Both the position numbers and the translations under genes were made by a program. Below, one piece after another: positions 29,345-44,252 of a stretch of DNA of 64,000 bases (within the stretch, counting starts at the first letter, position 1; each line of letters begins with the position of its first letter). Below the pieces are notes generated by a model, which saw nothing but the letters and a program-made list of their open reading frames with translations, was not told the DNA's origin and did no database searches. This DNA comes from Eledone cirrhosa (taxonomy: Eukaryota), in NCBI GenBank assembly GCA_964016885.1, contig OZ024741.1, forward strand, positions 126,294,001 through 126,358,000, in the 5' to 3' direction.

Positions 29345-30255
29345 GAAATGTCAATGATATTGCAACAACTGTCAGCTAATATAATAGCTTGCATGCAACA
29401 TTGTTGTTCAGCTGGAACGAGCTCTCTCCTTAGAGCTCGTTGAAATTTTTTCAATGTTTGCTTTCTTGTTATACATGCATCGTATTTGAACTGTCAGTGA
29501 ATTATTAACAATAAGTATTATTGGGTTAATTATATCCACTGAAAACTACAAATTTGTGATGTGTGGGCAAACACAAAAGCAAATTTCCGTGTGCTATTCT
29601 AATATTACATATTAAACCCAAATTAAATTTGCCCTTTTGTATTGCCATCTTCTGATGTTTTCCTACGTGTTTTAAAGAAAACCATTTTCTAACAGAGATA
29701 ATTCGAAGGTTTTAAAGAAGCTGGCATTGGCCTTCACCAACTTTGCTCTTAAATATTCGCAATGTACCATAAGTAGTCGAATACCACAGGGGAACTTGCC
29801 CTAAAAGGTTCATAAAGGTGATGGAGGTGTTAGAAAGTTGGATAGAAGTCTTCTTGGTATTCACTACAGCTCTTTGTGCTCTAAGTTCAAATCCTGCCGA
29901 TGTCAACTTTGTCATTTATACGTGATCAATAAATAAAATACCAGTCCAATACTGGAGTCAACTCTGCCTCTCTTTAGCTTACTCTTACTCACTCACTCTT
30001 ACTTATTATCTCTCTCTCTCTCTCCCTCTCTCTCTCACCATCTCTCTTCATCTCTCTCTTGGAGAGCGTTGGTAGTTGTGCTGGTCGCAGCAACGCCAAA
30101 ATTCTTTCTTTTAACCTAGGCTGTAGCAAGTCCTATTGAGACGGCGCCGATGAAAGTCTGAGAGAGAGAAAGAGAGAGAAAGGGTGTGTGTGTGTGTTGT
30201 GGTGGTTATCATGACAACTTCGAATTTTTTTTATCCTTCGCTGTAACAAAATTTT

Positions 30256-30334
<79 letters not shown>

Positions 30335-30606
30335 TAGCTAGCTTTTGTAGTGGGGTTGGGGATAGCAGCAACGTTAAATTCTTTTTAAATCCCTGGCGAT
30401 TATATTCTTTGTATGTATATATATCTATAAATTTTTAATGAAATATCTAAAAAGGGATATTGATCTTTAATATTTGGTGGTTATCTGTTATGAGATCATG
30501 GAGTTTTTTTTACCGGTGCAGGTAGTAAAGATTAAAACCGTTTACAAAAACAAATCCTAAATTCCCGAAATATTATCCTTTCAACAATATCTTCATTATT
30601 AATAAT

Positions 30607-30796
30607 GGGGATTGGCAGTATCGGTAGAGGGTCGGACGCCATGCTTTGACGCATGGAGTTACGTCCATTGCCATTCTGAGTTCAAATCCCGCCGAGGTTA
30701 ACTTTGCCTTTCATCCTTACGGGGTAGATAAAATAAAGTACCAGTAATGCACTGGGTAATTGCTGGCCTTGTGCCAAAAGTAGAGACAATTATTAA
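30607..30796 (+). mobile_element. SINE family A, well-preserved copy
   Basis: GGATTGGCAGTATCGGTAGAGGGTCGGACGCC...GAGTTCAAATCCCGCCGAGGTTAAC... Confidence 0.9.
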
Positions 30797-31139
30797 TGAT
30801 GGCATTCCAGTCATCTTGTCTTTATATTTATCTGTTCTTTTTACACTTCTCACAGTCTGTTTTACCATTTATCAACATCATCTTCCTTAACTATTTCTCT
30901 TCTTTTATTATTTTTACCTCTTTTCCCAGTCTTAATCTATGTTCACACTAATAGGCTTAGCAAGGCTGACGGGTTAAGACGTTTGTTTCACAACCATTAG
31001 ATCTCGGGTACGATTCAACTGCGTAGTGTATTGAACAAGCGTCAATTACCTTAACCTCGATTTGCCGAAAGCGTTGTGAGTGAAACTGGATAGACCGAAT
31101 CTATTTTGTGTTTTATTTAAATGTGTATTAGACGTACAT

Positions 31140-32370
31140 GAAATTATAAGTTATCTCCTTCAAAATACGACCCTTGGGAAGTCACACAGTGGTTCCAACG
31201 TTTTTTCCATTGATCGTAGTAGTACCAGAAGTCATTTTCTTTGAGTGTCCTTAGCTCGTCGGCTAAAATTTTCTGTACGTTTTCCACAGTCCCAAAATGA
31301 TGACCCTTCACCTTCGATTTTAACTTAGGGAAGAAGTAGAAATCACGCTAACTAGATATGGGCTGTAGGAAAGATGTGACAGAGCTGGAAAGTTTTTCTT
31401 CGCCAGTAATACTTTAATTGAAGCTGTTGTATAAGCAGGCGTGTTACCCAAACTCCTGCAATGTCCTTCCCGACTTACTGGACACGTATTCGAAGTTGTC
31501 CCAAGACATCTTTGTAGAAGGTGGATTATTTGTCTGTCCTAGAGTAAAAATTATTTGTGAACAATACCATGACTGTCGAAAAAAAGGATAATCCTCCTTT
31601 TCACCCTGGATCTGCTCATGTGTGCTTTCTTCGGACGGGAATAATTTTTTGAGTGTCACTCCTCACTTTGCCGGATTATCTCTGGATTGTACTCGAACAC
31701 ACAGGATTCATTTCCTGTTATTACTTTATCCAAGAAATTTGGCTCAATTTCCAGTATTTCTAGAAAATCCTCTACAAATATCGAGCCGGTTTACCTTTTG
31801 CTCAGACAAGTGTTTGGGCACTAGTTTTGCATTTTTATACAAGCCTGTTTCTTTTGCAATCATCCTAACACTTAATCAGTGATATTTCACCATCACCGCT
31901 CGCACCACTTCCACACTCTGTTCCTTTGTTGATGAGATTAACTTTCCAGAACTTTCCAGAACTTTCCAGAACTTTCCAGAACTTTCCAGAACTTTCCAGA
32001 ACGAGGTTCGTCTTCAGCATTTTCTCTTTGAAAGCTTTGTGCCACAAGAAAACCTTACTTCTTGATAGTGACATCTCCACAAGCTTGTGTAAAAGAATAA
32101 AATGCTTCAGTGGCAGATTTGTTGAGTTTTACGCAACATTTGATCATGAACCTTCGTTTGATATTTTCCTTCATCGCAAACATAAGAGTTTATAAACACA
32201 TCTGTATGTAAATAGCAATGCCTCATGACTGACCCAATAGATCATGTTGAAACAAATATGTACATACAGCCGAGGTCAAAACGAACACGTCTATACACAT
32301 CAACGAGTGCTACCTTACTACGTCGTACATAGGAAGATCAGTACCTTTACTTATATGAAAAAATTCGTAT
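31140..32370 (-). mobile_element. Decayed mariner transposon (transposase pseudogene)
   Basis: Minus strand: N-terminal SLSRSKVFLWHKAFKE; C-terminal YSPYL..DFYFFPKLKSKVKGHHFGTVE...QWKKRWNHCVTSQGSYFEGDNL. Many stops and frameshifts. Confidence 0.85.
31941..32000. repeat. (ACTTTCCAGA)6 minisatellite inside the mariner remnant
   Basis: Six perfect 10-bp units. Confidence 0.95.
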
Positions 32371-32983
32371 ATATCATTTGTATGTTTACGTATATATACA
32401 CAAATGCACTCAGAGATGTCTATTGTATTAATTACCGTCACAATCATAATCTCTATCTACTACTACTATTACTGCTAACACTACTACTACTAACAATAAC
32501 AGCAGCGACATTACTGTCACGTTAATTTGGAAAATATATTAGTGGAACTCAGTACAATAAGCAAAATTCTATTTTTCTTCATCACTTGCTGTTATATTAA
32601 GCCTTGTAGAGAAGATGCGAAAACAAAATTTAGAAAATAAATAAAAGAATAAATAAATATATAATTAATAAATATATAAACAGAAGTTTTTTCTTTTGAT
32701 TCTAAGAATTTGCGTCTTAACAAAGAGATGGTATTTATTAAAGATTATATATATTTTACCAAACTGTGAAGGTGTCTGGTTTAGTGCATAGAGTGTTCGG
32801 CTCAGGATTTGTAAAGTTGTGAATTCGAATCCCGGATCGAGTGGTTTGCTGTGTCTTTGAACAGGGAACTTTATCTCAGCTGACAAAAAACAAAAAAAAC
32901 AACAACAAACAAAAACAAGAAAAACACATATCCAAAAGATCGTCTTGTTTCTCTGACAACTAAATTAAGGAAGGGTACATGTG

Positions 32984-33312
32984 AAGGAACATGGCTTAGT
33001 GGTTAGATCGTCGAGCTTACAATCGTGAGGTTGTGAGTTCGATACTTGGACTGCGATTTGCGTTGTGTTCTTGAGCAAAATACTTTATTTCACGTTGCTC
33101 CAGTTCACTCAGCTGTAGAAATGAGTTGCGGCGTCACTAATGTCAAGCTGTATGGCCATTGCCTTCCCATTGGACAACATCGGTGACATGGAGGGGGAAG
33201 ACTGGTATGCATGAGCGACTACTGGTCTTCCACAAAAAAACCTTGCCTGGACTTGTGCCTCTAGGTGCAATTCCTGTGGTCATTCGTGACAGTAGTGGGT
33301 TTTTACCCTTTT
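32984..33312 (+). mobile_element. Full-length tRNA-derived SINE family C (~330 bp)
   Basis: TGGCTTAGTGG A box, GAGTTCGATAC B box, GTGTTCTTGAGCAA core; 3' half shared with 28753-28960. Confidence 0.8.
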
Positions 33313-34477
33313 ACACGTGTCTGTAGACGCTCATCTACTTCCACGGTTCTTTCACCTGAAGGATGTTCCGTTGATCAAATCAACTAGAACAGTCATCGTT
33401 GGAATCGACAGCGATTCAAAACCAACACACTATACAAAACTGTTTGTATTTGATGCCAACATCTAGGACGAATTTTCTATATTGTAAATGTGAAATAAAT
33501 GGTTTGTTAGATTTTCATCAATAGATTTTGCATGCAATTGAAAATGAATTGAAATAAGCATAAATGATGAGTGTGTATAAATGTATGAATGTGTGTATAA
33601 ATTTAAGTATATTTCTGTATTTTAAAAAGCTCGCTATACAAATCTGTTAATTTCGTTTCGCCTACTATCCACCATTGAATCATTCATTTCTAGATAATTC
33701 TTTGATTCTCCGTAATTCAATTAAATTCCGACAAAAAATCACGCGCGCGCGCTTACGTACGCACGCACACACACACGCACGCACACACACACACACACAC
33801 ATATATATACACGCACACGCGCGCACACACACATACACCCCCCACACACATATATATCTAAACTATAATAAAGTAAGGAGTGCGGGACTGCGTCCATAAT
33901 ATAATTTTTTTATCCCGTTTGTAAATTAAGTTGGATTACTTTGAATAAATAATGAATGAATATTACATAATTTATCTACTAAATTTCGTTATTTTTGATT
34001 AAATATACATAATTTTGTTGCTTATTTTTTAAGATTCACTTCTTTAAAATTTTAAAATGTCAACACTTCCGGTTAGCGATCGCTTAAATAAACATTCATA
34101 TACTTCCGTCACTAATTTTCTCCTAATGCAGATTATATATAATATCGTCTTTTTTTTAATGTATCATGGATTACGTTACTGATTAAATAAGACAGTATAA
34201 CGCAGTTTCGTTCGATTTCTGTGTATATCGTCAATTACGATTTTATTTGATATATATCATATCTATATGCATATATACTTGCGTATAACATCACAAGTCT
34301 ACTGTATCAAGGCGGACCTAGAGATAAACAGTCACAACTACAAGATAAACTAGGTGTTTAAATACTTATTTGATAGAATGGAATTTTCCTCTGATAGAGT
34401 GGTTCGCATATTGCCAGGGTTTTAATGATACTATTGTAGTTATTTTGGTAGTTTCAGATATTCATGAATACATACAT

Positions 34478-34687
<210 letters not shown>

Positions 34688-34717
34688 ATATATATATGTG
34701 TGGGTGTGTGTGTGTGT

Positions 34718-34912
34718 TTAATGGTAGCTATGATGCTTCCATAGGCGGTATGCCAGTTGAGCACTCTATGTTCTTACAGGGCAGAGTGTGATATAATATA
34801 AAACGAAAAATCAGTGATGCATCTGTACTCAATTTATTGTGTGTTAGAATTGTTTCGCCGGCAGACAGCTCGAGACACGATTATTGTATGGATCCGTCTG
34901 ATTCTTGAACTG

Positions 34913-34916
<4 letters not shown>
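34718..34916. mobile_element. Dispersed pLTR-like repeat in (TA)n; other copies at 21268-21388 and 59477-59700
   Basis: ATGGTAGCTATG(A/G)TGCTTCCATAGGCGGTATGC...AAAACGAAAAATCAGTGATGCATC is shared. Only the GAAACAATTGTA half of a hammerhead is recognisable. Confidence 0.7.
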
Positions 34917-34960
<44 letters not shown>

Positions 34961-35006
34961 CGTAAAATAAGAAAATTATAAAATTAACTTACTTACTAAA
35001 ATTTCA

Positions 35007-35086
35007 CTCCCAACTAATTAGTTTCTGAAATGGAATAAATATACTTTCCGAAGAAAATATAGAGAATCATTTCGTCGTCAGGGAAG
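35007..35086 (-). ncRNA. Type I hammerhead ribozyme in ORF-less unit 34956-35437
   Basis: Minus strand: cttcc CTGACGA cgaaatg...catttca GAAA ctaattag TT gggag. Stem III palindrome ACTAATTAGT. Confidence 0.8.
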
Positions 35087-35438
35087 ACTATTCTCAGCTA
35101 AGTATCCAGGCAAAGCGTGGACTCTGGAAACTTATTCAAAAATAATTCAGTGGATAGAAAATAGCAAAGCGTGGACTGAATTCCTAGCCATTGAGAAAAT
35201 CACTGCCTCTGCGTCGGTGGCAAATTCAAAAAGAATCAATCAAGTGACATCGAGGTCAATCAGTGGAAAGTGGGTTGTTAATAAGACAGCGGCGTGCATG
35301 CTACCATAGCAGCAGTCTTGGCCAATATTGCTCGACAAATAATTTGGAGATAATTATAAAAAATTAATATCTAGTAACATATATATACATACAGATGCAT
35401 ATCAATGCTAGCAAATATATAGGTTTTGTCTTAGTAAC

Positions 35439-36217
35439 GTTATTTGTCGAAAATTTCCACACAGGAGCCTTTATTCTTATAGCTTGGTCTAATAAAGTAT
35501 ATAGTTAATTATGCTAATTGGGAGAGGAAATGGTATATATTTTATCTAGTGATTCTAAGGACATGATTTATGATATATTGCTCTGATTATTTAATTTATT
35601 AATTCTTCATTGAGCCCCAACGTGACCGGTTGCCACATATATATCTGTGACTTTATGTATATGTAAACCTTTATATTTAATAATCTCCCGTTAGGTCGAG
35701 ATACAATTTGGCGATATTGGGCTGCGCTTTCTAGCAACAAGCCTACCCGCCGTAAGCAACTAATCATACCCTTTCTAGCTTGACCACTGCCACGTCTCGA
35801 TTCTTAGCCATTTTTGAATCTATTTTTCTACTTTGGAAAATTAAATGTCTAATTTTGAGTTCGCTCCTGATGAGTCCGAAGCTCTGGACATTTCCTGTTA
35901 TTGGATGTCTTAAAATACGGACGAAACCATGGTAGAGATAATTAAGGTATGTACGCATTTCTTCTAAGTTTGAATTTACACCTAATTTTGTATGGTTGAC
36001 GGTATATTTAGTCAGTTTCTACATGCTGTTGAAATGTTGGATAAATACTCTATTAGGGCCACCGCGAAGAGGCCGCTTTCGGTTATTTGTCGAAAATATC
36101 TGCATAGGAGCCTTTATTCTTATAGCTTGGTCTAATTCATTTTTTATATGGTTAATTATGCTAATTGGGAGAGGCAATGGTATATATTATATCTAGTGAT
36201 TCTAAGGACATGATTTA

Positions 36218-36225
<8 letters not shown>
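35439..36225 (+). mobile_element. Retrozyme-like ORF-less element: ~643 bp unit with ~140 bp terminal redundancy
   Basis: 35439-35578 is repeated at 36082-36225. Contains a hammerhead and ends in (TA)n. Confidence 0.75.
35864..35937 (+). ncRNA. Type I hammerhead ribozyme with extended stem II
   Basis: ctc CTGATGA gtccg (39 nt incl. gacat/atgtc hairpin) cggac GAAA ccatgg TA gag. Stem III palindrome ACCATGGT. Confidence 0.9.
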
Positions 36226-36264
<39 letters not shown>

Positions 36265-36646
36265 TGTGTGTGCGTGTTTGTGTATTTGTGTGTATGTGTA
36301 TGTATGGATATGTTGATATATATGTGTGTATGTATGTGTATATGTATGTGTATGTATATATATATATATATACATATATGTGTGTGTGTGTATGTGTGTG
36401 TGTGTATATATATGTGTATGTATATATGTGTGTATGTAATTGTGTGTGTGTGTGTGCATGTGTGTTTATTTTTCCTTTGCTTCTTCCTTTTCCAGCCTCA
36501 CTTTCATATAGATTATATTTTTGTTTTTAAAATCCAATGTCAATAAATACACCAGGATTTTTTCATTCTGATGATTGAAAGCAAAATTTGTTTGCTTTTA
36601 AGAAACCACTGGTAAATGAAATAATTGCCTTATGTTGTTTATTACA

Positions 36647-37720
<1,074 letters not shown>

Positions 37721-37722
37721 TC

Positions 37723-39628
37723 TTTGCGATCTTTGCGATGCAAAAACATTGTATTATGCCGATGTCCCAAAGTTTTACACTTGGAGTAATAAGAGATGGG
37801 AAAGGAGAAAAGTGGGGAAAACAGTTGAGCAGTATCCAGGGATTTTTGTGGCGAACGTTTAGGGACGAGTATACACTGTTTCTCCACGAAGTGGTGACCT
37901 GTATTATTTAAGACTCCTTCTGCATCAAGTCAAAGGGCCAGTATCCTTCAACTCTTTGAAAATGTATGATGGAGAACTCCTGCCATTATTCAAAGACGTC
38001 TGCAGAGAGAAAGGTTTGCTTCAATCGGATGATCATTGGCAGCAGACTCTGGAAGATGCTGAGCGAACAAGGCTTCCCAAAGCCATGAGAGATCTATTCA
38101 TCGTGCTCCTCACAAATACGGAAATTGACAATTCCAGTGCTTTATGGGTTCGATTTAAGCATTCGCTGTCTGAGGATTACCTTCAAATAGAAAAAGGGCT
38201 ACCAGAAACTCTAACCCTCTGAATGTCTTCTGTATTTTGAAGACAAACTTAACGACCTGGGCAAAAGTCTTAGTGACTTTAACTTGCCAAGGCCAAATAA
38301 TATTGTTGCTAATCAGGATATTGGCAATTTGGAGTTATTGCATGAATTGCAATACACCAGAGAAGAGCAGCGACGATTTGTAGAAGAGACGGAGCCTCTA
38401 TTGAATAGTGAACAAAAACACGTGTAGGACTTCGTTTGTAACGCTCCAGGTGGAACAGGAAAGACATTCCTGATTAACTTAATTCTTTCAAAAGTCAGGG
38501 GAAACAGTGACGTGGCTATTGCTGTTGCGTCATCTGGCATTGCCGCAACACTGATGCCTGGTGGAAGAACAGCGCATTCTAGGTTCAAAATACCGATAGT
38601 AGTGAAAGAAAATGTTCTGTGCAAAATTGTTAAAAACTCAAAGACGGCAAACCTCTTCCAGCATACAAGGCTGATTGTTTGGGATGAGTGTCCTATGATT
38701 CGGAGGGAAAGCTTCGAAGCTGTTGACCTCACTCTGAGTGACATTGCGAAAACAATGTGGCATTTGGTGGAATTTTGACAATTTGCTGTGGCGATTTCCG
38801 TCTGCTTCTTCCGGTAGTGAAAAGGAGAAATGAAGCGGACGTGGAAAGCGCCTGCATTAAACAATCCTGCTTATGGCGAAGCTTCCAAAGATTTCAGTTG
38901 AAGACAAACATGCGATTGGGTGGGGGAGCAGCAGACTATTCACAGTTTCTATTGGATATTGGAGAAGATAAGATAAAAAAACTGAAAATGAGGAAATTAT
39001 TTTGCCAAAAGAAATGTTTCTCCAAGCAACAACTAGGGAAGAATGTATTGATTTCATCTACCCTTCATTCGACAATCCACCTGAAGTGTTTTCGAACAAT
39101 TGCATCTTAGTACCTCTCAATGAAATGATGAGAAGCATCAATTCCACCTGTATCAGATGCTTCCCTGGAACCATAAAAGAGTACCGATCCTATAATTATG
39201 TGAGTGATGGTTCCAATGCCACTCATTTCCAGACTAAATTCCCTGATTCAGTTGAACTATCAGGACTGCCACCACATAACCTGGAATTGAAAAAAGGATC
39301 GCCAATAATTCTTATGAGAAACTTGAATCCTCCAAGGCTTTGTAATGGGACGCGCATGATCGTGGAAGAACTGCACGAAAATATCATAGTAGCAAGAATC
39401 AACACTGCCGCTTTCAGATATGAGATCGTTATGATACCTAGAATAAGAATTATTCTATCCGGAGGTGAGGATATCCCTTTGCAGCGAAGCCAATTCCCAG
39501 TTCAATCGTGCTTCGCTATGACTATTCATAAAGCACAAGGACAAACTATGGAAAACGTCTTGGTTTATCTGGAACGACCTGTATTCCAACACGGTCAACT
39601 GTATGTAGCCCTTAGCCGCGGAAAATGA
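37723..39628 (+). pseudogene. Helitron RepHel C-terminal PIF1-family helicase region; frameshifted
   Basis: GRVYTVSP...YYLRLLL..VKGP.SF, GLLQSDDHW, APGGTGKTF (Walker A), AVASSGIAATL..GGRTAHSRFKIP, IVWDECPM, FGG....CGDFR, GLPPH.L.LK.G.PIILMRNL...LCNGTR, QFPV..FAMTIHKAQGQT, FQHGQLYVALSR. Confidence 0.95.
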
Positions 39629-40132
39629 AAAGAAAATGTCAGTGTTTCTGAAGGATACCCAGTCAACTAAGAATGTTGTCATCAAAAGCATTCTTTTGAA
39701 CAAACTGTAACAGCGTAAATATGAGAAAATGTTGATTCCGACGTCAGAAAATGAAAGGAAAAGGAAAAACTAAGATAAGTAAGGATAATTTTTTTCAAAT
39801 TTTTGTAAATAAAACCAGCTTTTCATTAACATTGCAGCTTTTTAAGCAGAAAAATCTTTCAAACAAACAGTCAAGCATCCATAGAGATATAGAAAAATGA
39901 ATTTTGAAGTGGAGTGATTGGATAGCTATTAATGAAAAATGATTTGATATTTTCTTTGTGAAAATACTTGTGAATAATACAGTGAAAAGACAAGTTTCGC
40001 GTAAATCGGACCACGGGTTCCCGAGATACGCGGGTTTTTTCGGGTACCTTTATAAATAACCAAATCAGCGCATAATGGGAAAATTCTTTGAAAGTAAGGT
40101 ACCATTGAAATGTGAATACAAACGCAGATAGT

Positions 40133-40185
<53 letters not shown>

Positions 40186-40510
40186 GAGCTGGTGGTGTTA
40201 TTGAATGAAATTATGACAGGTGACTTCAAATAATTGAATACAGCATTACTGTATCTAGCTTGAATTTGGTGACTGAATATTAAGTTATATGTATCTTATA
40301 ACTTGTGTTAGGACAGGATGTATGTGTGTATGTGTAACCAGTGTATATAGGCCACAGACACCCACACATAGAAACACACATATATATATATACGTACATA
40401 TACACACACACATACACGTATATATATATATATTGGCTTTCCAATGTCATTTTATATTATATACATTTTGTGTATATTTTAATTATTTAAAAATTATTTT
40501 TAAGTGAACA

Positions 40511-40537
40511 TGACCCAACGGGTCACGGGTGGTCTAG
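40511..40537 (+). mobile_element. Helitron 3' terminus (hairpin plus CTAG)
   Basis: TGACCC-AAC-GGGTCA hairpin, 8 nt, then CTAG followed by T, ~0.9 kb downstream of the helicase. Confidence 0.85.
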
Positions 40538-40873
40538 TATATATATATAAACGACAGGCTTCTGCAGTTTCCGTATACCACTCACAAAGCATTGGTCAAC
40601 CAGAGACTATAATAGACTAGAGGCTGAATAGCGAGATAGATTGAACCCAGAGCCAACTGGTTGCGAAGCGATCTCCTTAACCACTCAACCATATTTACGC
40701 AATGCAAATAAAATTGTTTTTATTCGTATTTTTCTCTGAATTAGTTGAGTCGTTTCAATTAAATACCCAATTAAATGTTTCGATATCGCTGAGTTCAAAT
40801 CACACCAAAGCCTTTCATCCTTTCGGGGTCGATAAAATAAAAAGCTTTTAAAACACAAATGTTTCCAACTTTT

Positions 40874-41108
40874 TTAATTGAGCCGGCAATTACCTCCAAC
40901 CATATTCGCAAGTCAACAGCCTTTAATTGAGCCGGGGATTATCTCCAACTTATCTCTCAAGTTAAACCATATTTCTAGTGTAATTGTGCTGGCGATTATA
41001 TCTAACCATTCCCTCAAGTTACCCCATATTTTTCTTTGAATCGTCGATTATTTCCAACTCATTTCTCATGTTAACCTATCTTTAACTTGAAACAATGATC
41101 ATCTACAA
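40874..41108. repeat. Degenerate ~50-58 bp tandem repeat (4-5 units)
   Basis: Recurring TTAATTGAGCCGG..ATTATCTCCAAC....CTCAAGTTAA. Confidence 0.7.
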
Positions 41109-41515
41109 TGTGAGGCTATAGAGGCGAATTATAATGCCCAGCAGTAGTAGTAAGTATCTATTCATAACCCAATCCATTCCATCCTTGAGAGGTATTGTAA
41201 TTTCGTCATGAAAGAACACAGTGCCAATTAGGACCATAAAAAAACTAATTAGAATTAAACCGAGGAAATTATCTGTTTTGAAATACAATTCCGTGGCTTC
41301 ATCATTTGCTAGTCCACCTATATGTTTCTACTTATGTTTTCTTTCGAACGTAAACAGTACTTTTTATTTAAGCAACATAAAATACTTTTGCATTCACAAT
41401 CTTATTTATTTACTTAGCTACTATTTCCTATGCTACAAGGTGACATATACCACCCTAACCACCACTATTCCCCCCCCCCCCCACACACACACATATTTAT
41501 ATATATAAACATGCT

Positions 41516-41570
<55 letters not shown>

Positions 41571-41952
41571 GTATGTAATTACACACACATATGCATATAC
41601 ACACATACATACACACACACGTTTTTTCTTTGTCTGTAAATAAGCTCTAAATCAGTCTTGTCAGTAAAGTAAATTGAAGTTGTTTGCTTTCAACGCACTT
41701 TAATTTACAATATTTTTTTTGCCTACGATAACGATTAACATATTTGCTTTTTCGAGGTATTTTCTTACGTCTCTTTACTTTCCAAGTTCAAATCCCATCT
41801 TGCTGGATTCTTTACCTTTCATCCTTCGAAGTGACGGTAAAATAATTTCGTGGCAGTTTTATGAGATGAGGTAGTGAACTGGTAGAATTATTAGAGCGTT
41901 GGATTAATTTTAAAGCACATGAAATTACGTTAGGAAGATTCTCTTGGAAAAT

Positions 41953-42365
41953 AACACTATGACTTCATTACATTTAAAATAAACTTTATTTCAGTTTAGT
42001 TTACTGCAAATGATCGCAGCTACCTGTCTACTAGATGTATTATTATAAACACCTGTGTTAACAAACCTCATGAAGCCACATTAGCAAGACATTTTTGAAA
42101 AGATACAGAAAAAAAACTATGATTGCATAACATTAAAATTTAAAGCTTCTATTTTAGTTTACTGCAAATGATCACAAGGATTTGTCTACTAGTTGATATA
42201 TTATAAACACTTGTATTAACAAACCTCATGAAACCACATTAGCATGACATTCCTGAAAAGATACAAAACAGCACTATGACTGCATCACATTAAACATTAA
42301 AGTGTTTGATTTACTGCAAATTTTAACAATGATCTATCGACTAGTAAAGATATTATAAACATTTG
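41953..42365. repeat. ~160 bp tandem repeat (about 2.6 diverged units)
   Basis: ACTATGA...TTTACTGCAAAT...CTAG...TATTATAAACA recurs at ~41953, 42115 and 42271. Confidence 0.85.
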
Positions 42366-43699
42366 AAGTAAAACATTTTCTGTTAAATCATAACAAGGCA
42401 CCTACGTATTTGTTTCGGCTCTCTACGTTCTGAATTCAAATCCCAATGAGGTCACTTTACATTTCATCATTTAGGGGTTGTTAAAGTCCTATTTGAGGGG
42501 CGGTGAACTGGCTGAATTCTTAAATAGTCAATATATGTCACTGTAGCTCCATTAGGAGTTAGGGGACCATATATAAAGTGATTCAGCCATGCTGTGTTAA
42601 CTACATTAGTGTATGTGGCGTCTTGAGCAAGTTTCGTTTACCATATACGTTTACCATAACCTAAGCTACAATAACATAACCTACAGTATATCTAATAACA
42701 TACTCAGTATTTGGAAGGATTTACTAAAATTAAGATGGTATTTGTTACACGACAAAAAGGTTCTTTATATAAAAGTATATTGTAAGATTTTAATTTTAAT
42801 AGAAGCCCTTTAAAATGCATGTTTTCTTTCATAGAATCACAGGTGATTTTGGACGGGTTGGTACCAAAAAGGATTATTACTCACAAAACGTTTCTCAAAT
42901 ATTTACCCATGCATTCTTTATTTTGGTATTTTATAGCAGAAAGGTTTTATTAACGTGTTACTGAAAATTAACCTCAATATGGAGATAGAAAAGGGTTACG
43001 AGGGAGGTAGGGATGAACGGAATAAATAAAAAAAAGAATAAAAAAGCTAGAAATAAATAAAGGAATATAGACCAAAAGAAAGAAAGGAAGAAAGAAAGAA
43101 ACAAACAAAGAAATGGGGGTAATGGGAGGGGAGAAGTGAAAGTTACATGTGTAGGAAAATGTCAAGAGAGCAGATCAGAGCCAGGGATGGGGGAAGAGAG
43201 AAGGTGATAGGTTGAGTGAGAAGATAGTGAGAGGGGGCGAACGAGAGGATATAGGGGGAGAGGAAAGAGTGGTATGAGAGGAGAGATAGTGTAAGAACTG
43301 AAAGTATGGGAGGGAGAGAGAGAGAAAGACAGAGAGAGAGAGGTCAATGATGATAAGAAAAAATCCTGAAACCTGGGCTGGCTGAAGTCTGTTAATGCCA
43401 AGATATCAGTTTATAAACATTCAAAGCAATATTATCAAATAAAATAAAATACATAAAAATATAAAATAAAATAAAATAAAACTGGTCTTTCGTTAGCAGC
43501 GCTTTCTTCAACCGCAAAACATGGTGCACATTCGAGAATGAGGGCTCAACTACTTCCGGTAGAGGGAAAACATTTCTTCTGTTAAAAAATCTATAATGGC
43601 GCAGGGTTAATCCCACTAGTACATTGGGCAAAGCGTTATATTATAGTCTCGGATTGACTAAAACCTTGTGAATGGAATTTGATAGAGTTTGTACAAGCC

Positions 43700-43840
<141 letters not shown>

Positions 43841-43893
43841 CAATGGGCTTGTACAAACTCTATCAAATTCCCTTCACACACACACACACATAT

Positions 43894-43925
<32 letters not shown>

Positions 43926-44152
43926 GCATACAAATGGAAAGTTAGTAAAATCGAAGTTATGGCGGTAGCCAAGCTAACGAGATACAATTAGGTTTGCACA
44001 AAGCACTCAATAAGGATGTATCGATGAATCGACAAGCTGCCCCTTAAAGTAATTAACATACGTTAGATAGCGTGACAAATTGAAAACTGCGGCAAGGGGG
44101 CCTAGCCACATAATTCACCAAAACAACGAAAATACAATCAGGTTAGATAACA

Positions 44153-44252
<100 letters not shown>

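Noticed and set aside
29416-29445. AACGAGCTCT-CTCCTT-AGAGCTCGTT hairpin followed by GAAA
   Set aside because: Upstream core is not CUGANGA and no stem I/III forms; it is an isolated hairpin.
32984-33060. tRNA gene calls for A/B-box sequences
   Set aside because: They do not fold into full cloverleaves and continue into SINE bodies.
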